A model generated the notes under the pieces. It was not told the DNA's origin. It saw nothing but the letters and a program-made list of their open reading frames with translations, and searched no databases. This document shows, one piece after another, positions 12,001-22,358 of a DNA stretch of 64,000 nucleotides. Every line of letters starts with the position of its first letter. The first letter of the stretch is position 1. The DNA comes from Antedon mediterranea (lineage: Eukaryota; Animalia; Echinodermata): NCBI RefSeq assembly GCF_964355755.1, contig NC_092676.1, positions 26,678,871 through 26,742,870 of the forward strand, in the 5' to 3' direction. The translations under genes and the position numbers were made by a program.

Positions 12001-15000
12001 ATTGAAAGGCTTGTTACATAACCATTACACTAAACTCGCATACACATGCTTGTAGTGAAATTAGCCTAAATCACAAACAGCATTAAGACACACACAAATA
12101 TATATAAATATATATATTTTTTCCAGGAGAAATCTTATGAAGGAGAATTTTACAGTAGGCGGAGGTATGCACTCTCGGAGTGGCTTTCTAGTTAAAAATA
12201 AAAACTAAAATAACCAATATTATTTTAAAAATTTCATATGAGGCGAAACTTATGATGGTTGAATGACTTGTATTTTCTTTAATACTGTAGCATTTGAACT
12301 ATTGTATGTCAACAAAAAATAAATGTTTTTTTTTTAGTTTTGTAAATGTTAACACTGTTGTAGAAAAACTTTAAAATCTAAGTATAAACACAGATATGAA
12401 GAAATCATCTGAAATAGAAGTCACACTGTTATGTAGGCGTTTGGAGGGACAAGATATTGTGTATACAACTTGTTTGAGTCACAAGAAACTATTCAGTAGT
12501 GATGGACATTTTATCAACAAATTGATCAACAAGAAGATGAAATTGGTGTACCAGAGCAGTTATGTATTATTTCTCATAACCCACATATGATTGCTGTAGC
12601 AAATTGGGGTGATAACACAATCAAAATATTTAATTATTGATGTATAAAATATGTCATTACATTAAAGAAACAAAGTTAAATCAAAGATCAAGTACATTAA
12701 ATCAAAATTATTAATTAGTTTAGTTTATTAATTTATTGTGTTAATTACACAAAGCTCAACATTTAAAAACGCTCTTCAAATAAATTGGAATGATCTGTTT
12801 AAAATAAACTCCGAAATATTTATTTGTAAAATGTCATGAGGTGAAACTTGTTTGATTGCCTTGTATTTCAAACTTGAATATCATTTGAACTATTGTTATA
12901 AATATGTCATAAATAAATGTTTTTAAAAGTTTTTTTGTATATATTTAGTATTTTTAGAATAAGCCTAATTTGAATTATTGCATATATTGTATGTTACACT
13001 TTTTTTCCTAATTTTAAATCATTAAATACAACTTTATTCTCATTGCCTTGCCCCGAACTACACCCCTACGCTAAATTTGCACATCCCTCTATATAAACTT
13101 TGTATAATTTTTGCAGCGTTTAATGGAGCTATTGTCAATTTGATTGCACGTTGATTGAACTTTAACTAGTTAACTTTAACCAGGTAAATTGAACTTTAAC
13201 TAGTTAACTTTAACCAGGTAAATTGAACTTTAACTAGTTAACTTTAACCAGGTTAATTGAACTTTAAATAGTTAACTTTAACAAGGTTAACTGAACTTTA
13301 CTAGTTAACTTTAACAAGGTTGATTGAACTTTGACTAGTTAAATTTAACTAGGTTAATTGAACTTTAAGTAGTTAACTTTAACCAAGTTAATTGAACTTT
13401 AACTAGTTAACTTTAACCAGGTTGATTGAACTTTAACTAGTTAACTTTAACCAGGTTAATTTAACTTTAACTAGTTAACTTTAACCAGGTTAATTTTTAA
13501 CTATTCATATTATTTAATGTCAAAAGAATTGCACTTACTGAAAAAAATGGCAGAGCCTGTTTTATACACTGGGTTAACTTGTCAACACAATCTGGATCAG
13601 ATGGCTAAAAACAGAACATTAAGTTTATTATAATTTATAAATATAAGTTAACATATATGAACATTTATTTTACACATTATCATATATATATTGGAATATA
13701 ATTGAACAGCTGCTGTCATCACAAAGAAAAGAACAATTGTTTTTGTTAGATCTATCAAAAATAAATAATGAGGCATCAATTTGGAAAATTGTTTAGATAC
13801 ATTGTTGTTACAAAAATCAAATAGTGACTAAAGAAGGCTAAACACCATTCTCGATGATAATTACCAAGGATAGGTATTGCCTTTAAATAAGACTGGGCAG
13901 AAGAAACTTAAATTAAACTTCACAGGCTATGTAGGAGGAATTAATTTCTTCATAGTAGAAGAACTGGAGGCTTGGAACTGTACAAAAATAAAATCGTTTA
14001 CCACAAAATCAGCTTTAAGATCTGCTTGTTCAATGGCAATGTTCACCAGCTGTTGACGACCAAGAAGAGTCTGCATCGTTGATAAACTTGATAACAGCTT
14101 CATAAAGGCTACAAACTCATCGCCTGTCACGTCATGCAAGATCTACGGTATCACAAATTACAGTTTTGATTTTTATAGTATTTCAGACAAGAAACAAATT
14201 AGAATTGAGAATTAGATAATTCATTGCACCCTTAAGCTCTGTCTACACTATCAAACTTTATAAAAATGTGCGGTACCCATATATGGACATGATGTCATAT
14301 CACTACCATATTTGGGCATATCACTACCATATTTGGGCATATCACTACTATATTTGGACATATCACCACCATATTTAGGCACAAGTTTGATAGTGCTTTA
14401 TATGCGTTGTAACTAATTGTTTAAGTATTTCCTATCACCCTTTGGTGCTTTGTACTTTGTTTAGTTGTTCATTTTACTCATTTTTTTTTTAGAATGGTTC
14501 CATGATGGTTCCAAAACGTCAATCATTTTTGTCCTTAAATTTGTTTTAAAAGTTATATAGTAAATGTCTCTTAATCCTTAAATTATCCATTGAAACAAAT
14601 GTTACCTCTTTTGATTTTTCAATGATCTGTTCTTCAACATCTTTTGTTATTATATCTGGTCCCAATGATTTGACCTTTGTACTCAAGAATTTGATGGCAC
14701 GGTCACGAACAAGATCTTCTCCCGATTGAATTTGGGCGAATAGTCCTCCTAAAGCACCTGCTCAAAATTATAACATTTATATTATAAAATATGAATATTT
14801 AAACAAATAGATGCACTGATTATGTTTAAATCAAATCAAATCTTTATTCGTTCCATATATACTAAATTGTACATGGAAAAATTGTTTTCCTCGACAGAAA
14901 AATATGGTAAAACATTCATAATTACATCATACATAGAACAAATTTACAATTTAAAAACATTAATTAAAACATCCATCAACAGTAAAACTTTTAAATATAT

Positions 15001-16814
15001 ATTGCATGTGCGCTATTATGATCTAACAATCTTTGAGTTAAAAATATGAGTTGAATTTGGTACAAAAGACAGTCGGTTTCTTGACGTATCAGCTCTAGGA
15101 GCCCGTAACCGGCCTGACTTGTTTTTATAAAATCTCATATGTAATGGATGTTTCTTATCTTCTAAAATTTTACTTAATTTACTTAGGACCTGTTTTTCAT
15201 AAAGATATTTTAAATCATTAACCGTACAACCAATTATATTTGATGCATAGAATAAAACTATTTTCCAAAATAACCATAACCTCTAATTATTTGGCGCAAG
15301 TTTTATACTATGTTATGAATATGAATATCTAAATCTTCTATTTAAATCTTATCACATTTTATGAACCAATGGACTAGTTGTAAATGTTACTAGCCTATAA
15401 GCCATTTTACTAGCCCAGACAATAAAAGCATCTACAATAAGATGTCGTCTAGGTACAGATATTATGTTTTTGCAGTAAGTACTGCCGTGTCTACAAGACT
15501 TGAGGTGATCGCAAGCAAAGGGAAAAATCTCTGTGCGGACCATAGACTTTTCAAAGGCCTCTGTAAAAAAGTGGTCAGGTTGAACCCTTACCAACCATAC
15601 TGGTGGCTACGGCTCTACTAGCTAATAACAAGGAAGATAGACTGACTAGCTCTAGTGGTTGAAGCTGGGCTAACCTTGACTAATCTTCAAGAAAACATTA
15701 TTTATCTATTTCGTACCTTTAGCATCTAATTTAAAGACTGCAATAAATGCATTTTGTACGCAGTTGAACTCTGCCTGATCCTCCGACTGTAGAAGTTGTG
15801 TGAGAACGTCTGCAATACGAGGGAGATGATCTGGAGCATCTTTACACAGGTTTGGCAGTTCTTTTATTGCTTGTCTACGCAACTGAAGAAGAGAAAAATA
15901 AAGTTTTTCTCTTTATTAAGTAAAGTATTATTATTATTAAAGTTCCTTTCCACACCGTTTTTTTGTCCCTAGTATTTTCAACCAGGTACTCACTAACCAC
16001 TGAATTGACTGGGACTCACTCGGCTACCTAAATCACATATGTATTATTATGTTTCCCTCTAAATCTCTGTCTAGTACAACTTTAAGAAATTTACAGCCCA
16101 GGAAAAAATAAATGAGGTTATTATCAACATTGCAGAGGTTTATATATTTTTTTTTTAGATTAAAACTGTATAACTGAGCTACACTTTAAACTTAAGAATG
16201 TTTTTTTGTAGCTTACAAGTCCATCATCATCCTCACAAAGGTCTAGCTGGGCATCGATAACTTGCTCAGCCTCTGACAAAAAGTATTTGAAAAATTTTGG
16301 TATAAATTGGGCCGCCAGTCGTTTCTCTTTTTGGCCACCTTGCGATGCACTTAGAATATTTGCATATGCCTCTTTGTGCTGTGTTTGAAAAAGAAGAAAA
16401 TATATAACAATAATATATTAATAATTAAAACCATAATAATTAAAATAATAAAGCTCATGAAATTAAAAATATTAATTTTAAATAAATTAACAAATAAAAA
16501 TTAATTATATTTAAACTTATCACTTATACACCAAAAAAATATATCATGATCAAATTATAATAAAAATTGTGAGAAATAAACCAATTTAAAGTTACAATAT
16601 TAAAGCTAGGCCCAGAGATGCTAATACGCCTTGTGGATGCTATAGACCGAAGCCGGTATTTGGCCTGACCAATAAACTTCGGCAAACCAATACAAAATGC
16701 ATTTTTGGGCCTAATGTACATTCATTTCTTTTATTAAATACCTACCTCCGAAGCATTTTCTTTTGCATCAGCAAGGACTCCATAATCTTTATAAAGTTGT
16801 TCTACGTCCACCAT
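3082..16814 (-). CDS. API5: Apoptosis inhibitor 5, 12 coding exons
   Basis: Exons 16746-16814, 16217-16378, 15717-15882, 14606-14757, 14002-14142, 13539-13604, 5469-5657, 4651-4835, 4245-4395, 3924-4021, 3386-3579, 3082-3152, all GT-AG and phase-compatible. Peptides MVDVEQLYKDYGVLADA, EKRLAAQFIPKFF, QLDLCEDDD, RRQAIKELP, EPKLQFSIVECLMY, ENKIKVVALKITTNINALIKDLF and an RG-rich C-terminus match API5 as I recall it. Confidence 0.96.
3214..3350. mobile_element. MITE family A copy (TIR AGCTCTGTCTACACTATCAAAC, internal 21-bp repeats)
   Basis: Inverted termini agctctgtctacac / gtgtggacagagct, TWA flanks, internal ccatatttgggcatatcacta repeats. Other full or partial copies at about 3652-3802, 4971-5121, 14235-14395, 17873-17960, 18671-18887, 19181-19265, 22857-22985, 34721-34998, 43427-43600, 45346-45517, 50263-50411, 56135-56270, 59248-59405, 59582-59735 and 59849-59901. 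Confidence 0.85.
5864..6645. repeat. Tandem duplication of a ~350-400 bp intronic unit
   Basis: gttcttatatttaattattcagaatg...ccaagggcatgtttgtatatcc...tttgttatggtgt occurs at about 5864-6210 and 6243-6645. Confidence 0.85.
7273..9246 (+). pseudogene. TRIM (RING-Bbox2-coiled coil-NHL, TRIM56/TRIM2-like) E3 ligase pseudogene nested antisense in API5 intron 6
   Basis: C3HC4 RING CSIC..CRHSFCLKC..CPIC, B-box CASH..MYCTQCKVPICIECTEMEH, coiled coil, and NHL repeats (WGIHID..IYVTDEGN, DVALTKTGKVLVVD, PGGVVVDEDDNI, LQLFSSDGHFIKRI..IKIFNY* ending 9246). Disrupted by an extra A at about 7876-7882, a frameshifting deletion near 8260 and a SINE at 8764-9056. The CDS has no introns; a likely 5'UTR intron spans 7134-7271. 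Confidence 0.9.
8764..9056 (+). mobile_element. tRNA-derived SINE inserted in the TRIM NHL region
   Basis: A-box-like tggcttggtgg, B-box ggttcaagtcc and A-rich tail. The NHL reading resumes after it. The head recurs at about 52277-52335 and the body at about 46405-46462. Confidence 0.75.
9435..9835. mobile_element. Foldback MITE (PIF/Harbinger-like) with TTA target site duplication
   Basis: TIR of about 38 bp, AGGCCCATTCACACTAGGACGATAACGATCGACGATAA, and its reverse complement. TTA at 9432-9434 and 9836-9838. The interior is also imperfectly palindromic. Confidence 0.88.
9991..11995 (-). mobile_element. 5'-truncated, frameshifted RTE-clade LINE (reverse transcriptase)
   Basis: ORF pieces 11740-11985, 10616-11743 and 9999-10430 with KSPGLDG, NYRGITL, QNGFR, FVDFAKAFDSV, GVLQGDTLAP, YADD and VESVLLYGSSTWTLT. 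A (TAG)n tail follows the stop. Confidence 0.92.
12485..12925 (+). pseudogene. Second, diverged copy of the TRIM C-terminal NHL segment and its 3' flank
   Basis: aactattcagtagtgatggacattttat...aaaatatttaattattga matches 9093-9246 (with a frameshift). Downstream sequence matches 9247-9370 joined to 12192-12330. Confidence 0.8.
13155..13497. repeat. Minisatellite, about 10 copies of a 34-bp unit
   Basis: Unit ttgaactttaactagttaactttaaccaggttaa, containing the palindromes TAACTAGTTA and GTTAAC. Confidence 0.92.
14828..15248 (-). mobile_element. 3' fragment of a CR1-group (Rex1/Babar-like) LINE in API5 intron 3
   Basis: Minus-strand translation ASNIIG..LYEKQV..KILEDKKHPLH..KSGRLRAP..TSRNRLSFVPNS resembles the Rex/Babar ORF2 C-terminus. 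A (TTTGA)n tail lies at 14828-14842. Confidence 0.7.
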
Positions 16815-17691
16815 TATGGAATAGTCTACTTAAGGTAATAAAAGTACTAAACTGTTATGTTAATTTTAATGAAACCTGAAAAAAGTTAAGAACACACGCG
16901 TCAATTTTTCCAGTTCGCGAAGCAACATAATTTCGGATCCGTTGTATGATGTAAGGTTGGGGGCGCTAAATATCAAGAGAAAATAAAATACAAACACCCG
17001 AACGTAAACATTTCATCTAAAAAGACTTGGTTACCGAATGCTAAATACTAAACTGAATTTGAAATTAGCTCAGTTTTGTGTTATTAGAGCTTAAATCATG
17101 GAATTGTTTCATGTTTCTGTTATTATATAATTCATTAATACATATTGCATGCATTTATTTGATGTCTTCTTGGTTATTACGTTAAATAACTGCAGATTTG
17201 CTAGGCCTGGTTGGTGGCATTTTGTATGTTGTTTACTGCTGCTGCAGTGCTGGTACGTGTGGGAGAGCTGAGTCGGGCTGCAGTGTGCATGAATAGGAAC
17301 CCTGGCCTAGGCCTAATTAGATAATAATCTTTCATCATAATTATCAATCAGCTACTAGGGTGCCATAAATAGGAGATTTCTATTTTTGTAAAGCACAGTA
17401 TATATAATACTTAATAGATTATTATGAATATGATATTTGATAGGTCTGGACCTCTCTATGATGAGTAGGCCTAGCTAGTACTTAGTTAGGCTATTTAGTA
17501 GTCAGATATATGCCTACTCCCCCAGTTACTATTCCTTATAAAACTTGTGTAGAAAATCTTAATTCTTTTTATATGTTAATTTACAATTTAATATGTTTCT
17601 TTTTGATTCTAGGTCTAGATTGCTTTCATTGACTTACAGAAAGTGTCTTGAAAGCATGTGTCAATAAACAAAAGAAAACAAATAACTGAAA
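16815..17691. promoter_or_regulatory. Candidate bidirectional promoter and 5'UTR region between API5 and LRRC56
   Basis: Divergent ATGs 878 bp apart. CpG-containing patch at about 16895-17005 includes GTTCGCGAAGCAAC (16913-16926). An acceptor at about 17612 implies a non-coding first exon for LRRC56. Confidence 0.6.
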
Positions 17692-20600
17692 ATGTCTGTG
17701 GCCAAATCAAGAGGAATCCAAATTACGGAATTCTCGGATGATGTAATAAATCCAGAACCAATTCAAGTGGAAGAAACGGACATCCTTCTTGAAGACTATT
17801 TATCACCAACAAAATTAGTAATTAAAAAATGTTTTAATTTAATAAATTCTTGACAAAGACATTATTAATTCACTCTCTGTCTACACTATTAAACTTTATG
17901 TGCCCATATATGGACACGATGACATCATATCACTACCATATTTAGGCACATCACACTTTTTACAAATACATTTTTACATCATAATGTAATATCTCTTGTT
18001 TACAAATACATTTTTTTTCTATTTTAACAGAAAGCATTAACTGGTGTTGATGACTTGGATGACATAAAGTTACTTGAGATGAAAGTTGATACATCTGAGA
18101 CCAGTCTTGGTAACTTTGGTAGGTTTATTATTAGTATTACAAATATTAAAAACAAATTAACTGAACATTTGATTAAACTTTTTAAAAATTCATGGGCCAA
18201 AAATCATAAATACTTTTTTAGCAAAAACCTGTAGATATTAATGGATAATTCAATAAAGAAAATATTAGTAAAAAAAGATGGGACTTTTTTCTGAATTAAC
18301 ACATGCTGTGATAGATAACTCCTTGTAGTAATGATGATTATGCAAATTCGTTTATAAATATTATGAGTGAATGTTTAGTAAATACATCAATTTGATTTGG
18401 CATGAACAGGTAGCATGGTGCCAAATTTAAAACACCTAAAGTTGAATAACAGTATGATAGCATCAGTACGTGACCTAGGCACATCCCTTGAAAATCTGCA
18501 GGTGCTATGGATGGCTAGGTGCTGTTTACAAGATTTAGATGGTATTAGTTCTATGGCACGCCTTCAGGTAACCTGGTCTGCCATACTTACAACTTAACAA
18601 CAACCTTAAAATCGTTACTTTACTTCTAAGTTGTTTTTATTTTGCATTAATATTATACAAATATTTTTAAAGTTCTGTCCACACTATCAAACTAGTTTGA
18701 TGTGCCCAAATATCACTGGTTACACTTTTTTTGTATTCATTGTCTAATTGCATGTAAATCAACCAACAAAATGTCATTTCTTGTTAAAATTACAATACAT
18801 AATATTGTATTGTATGGTAGTGATATGATGTCATCTTGTCCATATATGGGCAAATCACATAAAGTTTGTGCGTGTGTAGACAGAGCTTTAAGCAATAAGA
18901 TAATAACAGATGATTTAATAGTAGATGATTTAAAAGAAGTTTACTTTACAAGTCTTGTATCAAAGTTGCCACTGCAGATATAAAATTGTCCTGTAAGCAT
19001 TGGAACTTAATCCTTAAATTGTATCTAAATTTACTTTTTCTAACCTTTATTTCAAAGTCAAAACTTGTTTTCCTCTTTTTTCAGGAGCTTTACTTAGCTT
19101 ATAATGAGGTAACTGACGTCAGTCCATGCAGTATGTTAGAAAACCTTCAATTGTTAGATTTAGAAGGGTGAGTGTTGCAAAAAATGGACATGATGATGTC
19201 ATATATCTACCATATTTGGGCATATCGCCACCATATTTGGGCACAATTGTTTGTGTAGACAATGCTATGACGGTTAAGATGCCTTGTTCAAAGGATGGAA
19301 TTTTTCTATGTCAAAACTCATCTTTTATTTATGTTTGTGCTTTTGTGTTTTTTTAAATAGAAATTGTTTAGATGACACAGTACAAGTAGAATTTTTAGCT
19401 TTATGTTCAAATTTGAAGACATTGACTTTGGAAGGAAATCCACTGTGTATAAAACCTTCACCAGACCACATAAAGGTAAGAATGTGTTCACACATACAGA
19501 GTTAGCCTGATGTCATATTTAAATTAGGTCATAACAACTCGAAGTTCAGTCATACTATCTAAATTAAGCAAATGCTGTTTGGTATGGATGTGTTGAATTA
19601 TAAGTAGGTTAACCTTCTTAGACAAAATGACAATTTGATTTGTTACATTCTTTCTCTCCTTATTGTTAAACATTTCTGCCAATCCTCATGTCAAGAACTG
19701 GGAGGTTGCAGATAAGATTTACGATAGATCCCTTTACCTGGAGCTTTCATACACACTGTATTTTAAGACCGAACGCCGAAGATATCAGAGTTCCATTTGT
19801 TCGTTTTGTAGGAAGAGAGCGATACTCGGTATGATTACCTATGTTATGGCTACGTAATTACGGTTCCACTGTCTTAACCACTCGACCTCTCACAGAAAGG
19901 ATTTTGATCCCATTACCTCAAGCTGTCATACACACTGTATTTTAAATTTAATTTTATGCAGATAATGATAATGTTCCATTTGTTCTTTTTTAGGATACCC
20001 GGTATGATTACCGTGCAATGGTGAAGCGATGCATACCACATCTTGAGGTGCTTGATGATGACCCCCTAAGCCTGATTCCTTCTAGTTTTTCAAGTTCCTC
20101 AATTAGTCTTAGTACAGATTGGTTAATTGTTAATGAAGCAATTAAAGATAGTGTAGGATCTAATGAAAGCTTAGAATTTGAAGGTAAGAAAGAAATAAGA
20201 ATATTGAGAAATGAAAATGGAGGCTGTTGATTTGTTTTAGTGACAAGTCAATCTGCACACTTTAGATTTATAATCTAAATGCATTATATATTTATTTTAT
20301 AGTTCAAAGGCCTGGTACTGCAAATCGCCCTGGGTCTTCAGCTGGTTGTCGTCCAGGCTCTTCTGCTGGGCGTCGCCCAGGCTCAGCTGCTGGACGTCCT
20401 AGAACATCAGCTGGTCGACCAGCTTCAGCAGCTGGACAAAGACCTGGGACCTCAGGAGGTGAAAGACCTGGGTCAGGAGGTAAGTGTGACACATTTATAT
20501 ATTAATATGTAAGGCTGCATCAGAATTAGACAATGATACGCCTACAGACAGTAAGATAGAGACCTAAAAGATAGATATCACATATTACTGTAATATAAAT

Positions 20601-22358
20601 TCTGTAAGTGTAATAATATTTCTGTCTTTTCAATGATAGGTTCTGACATCATTGCATCTCATAACGATGTCAGTGATTTGACACACGGTGAGGTCATCTG
20701 TGGAAATCCAGCGAGGAAGCTGCGAGAACGGCGGAAACAGAAGGCAAGTTAAACACATTGTTACATGTTTGAAAACATGAAGTCTGTTTGATTTTCGAAG
20801 ATAATTTAGTGTAATTTTATTAACTTGTCTATTTTCTCTCCTCTATAAAGGACACACCGTTTCAACAAATTCCAAAATTGTTTTCCCACCATCAACATCA
20901 ACCAGAGAAGTCATACGATGTGGAAGAGGAGCAGGAGATGACATGTGAAGAGATATTTAATGAATTAAAACAATGGAAGAAGGACCACGAAAAGTAAATA
21001 AATAAGTCAAAATAGAACCCCTTTTACGGGAAACTTTATTGTGGACAAATAAGGGGATGTAATAAAAAATGTTCAAATTTCAATTTTCAAATAAGCACAG
21101 TCTGAAATCCTTTATGACACAAAGTTTTCAAAACTGTGAATTATAGTATGATGTATCAATATTTGTTTTATCAATTTTCTTACAGAAAAATTGCAGAGCG
21201 TAAAAAAGCCTCAGAACCACAAGTTCTAAAAATAACACATGATGATGATGATGACGATGTAGACGAAAACAATGATGAAGATTTAACAGACTTTGGTATT
21301 GAAACATCTCCACCACCCTCTATGCATAATAGTTCCCCCACCCCACCTAGGTCCCCTTCACCGAAAGCACCCCTAGCACCAAAGTACAGACAACCTAGCA
21401 GGCCTAAAACATCAGGTATGCAAGATTTTATACAGACAAAATCATATCATTTAGTTGAAACATATTCTACTTGCATTTAGGTGATGTATTGGTTAATTTA
21501 TAAAGTAAGACTCCACAGTTCCATCAGATTATGATGAATACAGCAGTTTCATCGCTGTTGGTTGTGAACTGAATTAAATAAAATAAACTAGAGTCTGAAC
21601 TCTAATGTAGTTATGTGATTTACCATAGAGAGAGACCACAGAATAGGGCTACATCACATTTGGCAAAAGTTAAAAATTATTAATTATTTGTTCGTCTTCC
21701 TTTTCAGCTGATTTCCGTTCAAGAATGTACCGCCATCGATCAGAAGACAGCGTTCCAGTTGAAAAGATCCGAGCAATGAGAATTTCTCAAGATGATGACA
21801 CGGATGAAGCATTAGGTCAGAGTATCGGGTCCAGCACACATGGCTCCCCAATCCCTGCTGCAAGTATAAATGACAGGCCTTTTTCAGGCCCTGTTATTGG
21901 AAGTCGAAAATACAAGTATGTACTATCATTAACAGATCGCGTTAAGTCGGCCCTTTTTCACAATGATTTTGACACTTTATTTAATTTGTTAAAACCATTT
22001 TATTCTCTTTTTATGATTAATGTGAATATTTAGATGTGTCTAATTTTACTGTACAGTTTTTATATATCTTTGAGTGAGACGAATAAATTTGAATTGAATT
22101 GATAAGATTTGCATATAAATGAATTATATTTTCAACCAACCAAAATGTATCAACCCTTTTTTCCTTTGCAGAGCACCTCATTCTGTGAAAGTAACCCAAC
22201 CAAAGATTATCGATAACCATCAACCAGTTATTCGTTCATCTACTCACACGCCTCCAAACTTATCTCAACGTTTGGCTAGTCTCAACCGTCCTGCCACCGC
22301 AAGAGCCGCCCTCCAGAAACAAGTACTTCCAAGCAGAACTCGTCCATTTCCATCTTAA
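17692..22358 (+). CDS. LRRC56: Leucine-rich repeat-containing protein 56 (ciliary dynein transport factor), 12 coding exons
   Basis: Exons 17692-17817, 18031-18118, 18410-18567, 19085-19167, 19361-19475, 19994-20183, 20303-20479, 20640-20743, 20851-20993, 21186-21415, 21708-21915, 22172-22358. Peptides EDYLSPTKL, LEMKVDTSETSLGNFG, RDLGTSLENLQVLWMARC, ELYLAYNEV, LTLEGNPLC, YDYRAMVKRCIPHLEVLD and SDLTHGEVICGNPARKLRERR match LRRC56 as I recall it. Confidence 0.93.

Larger units (their letters stand above)
9371..12191 (+). mobile_element. Helentron-associated non-autonomous element (HINE/DINE-1-like) carrying two nested insertions
   Basis: 5' subterminal repeat TTACCTCCGCC followed by AAGGAGGT and a gtttgtttgtctg tract. 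Inverted subTIR GGCGGAGGTA at 12158-12167, then hairpin CACTC-TCG-GAGTG and a TTTCTAG end. The flanks join to match the empty paralogous site at about 12775-12850. Confidence 0.75.

Noticed and set aside
14280-14380. CRISPR-like short repeats
   Set aside because: Head-to-tail 21-bp units without spacers, inside a MITE in a eukaryotic genome with no cas genes.
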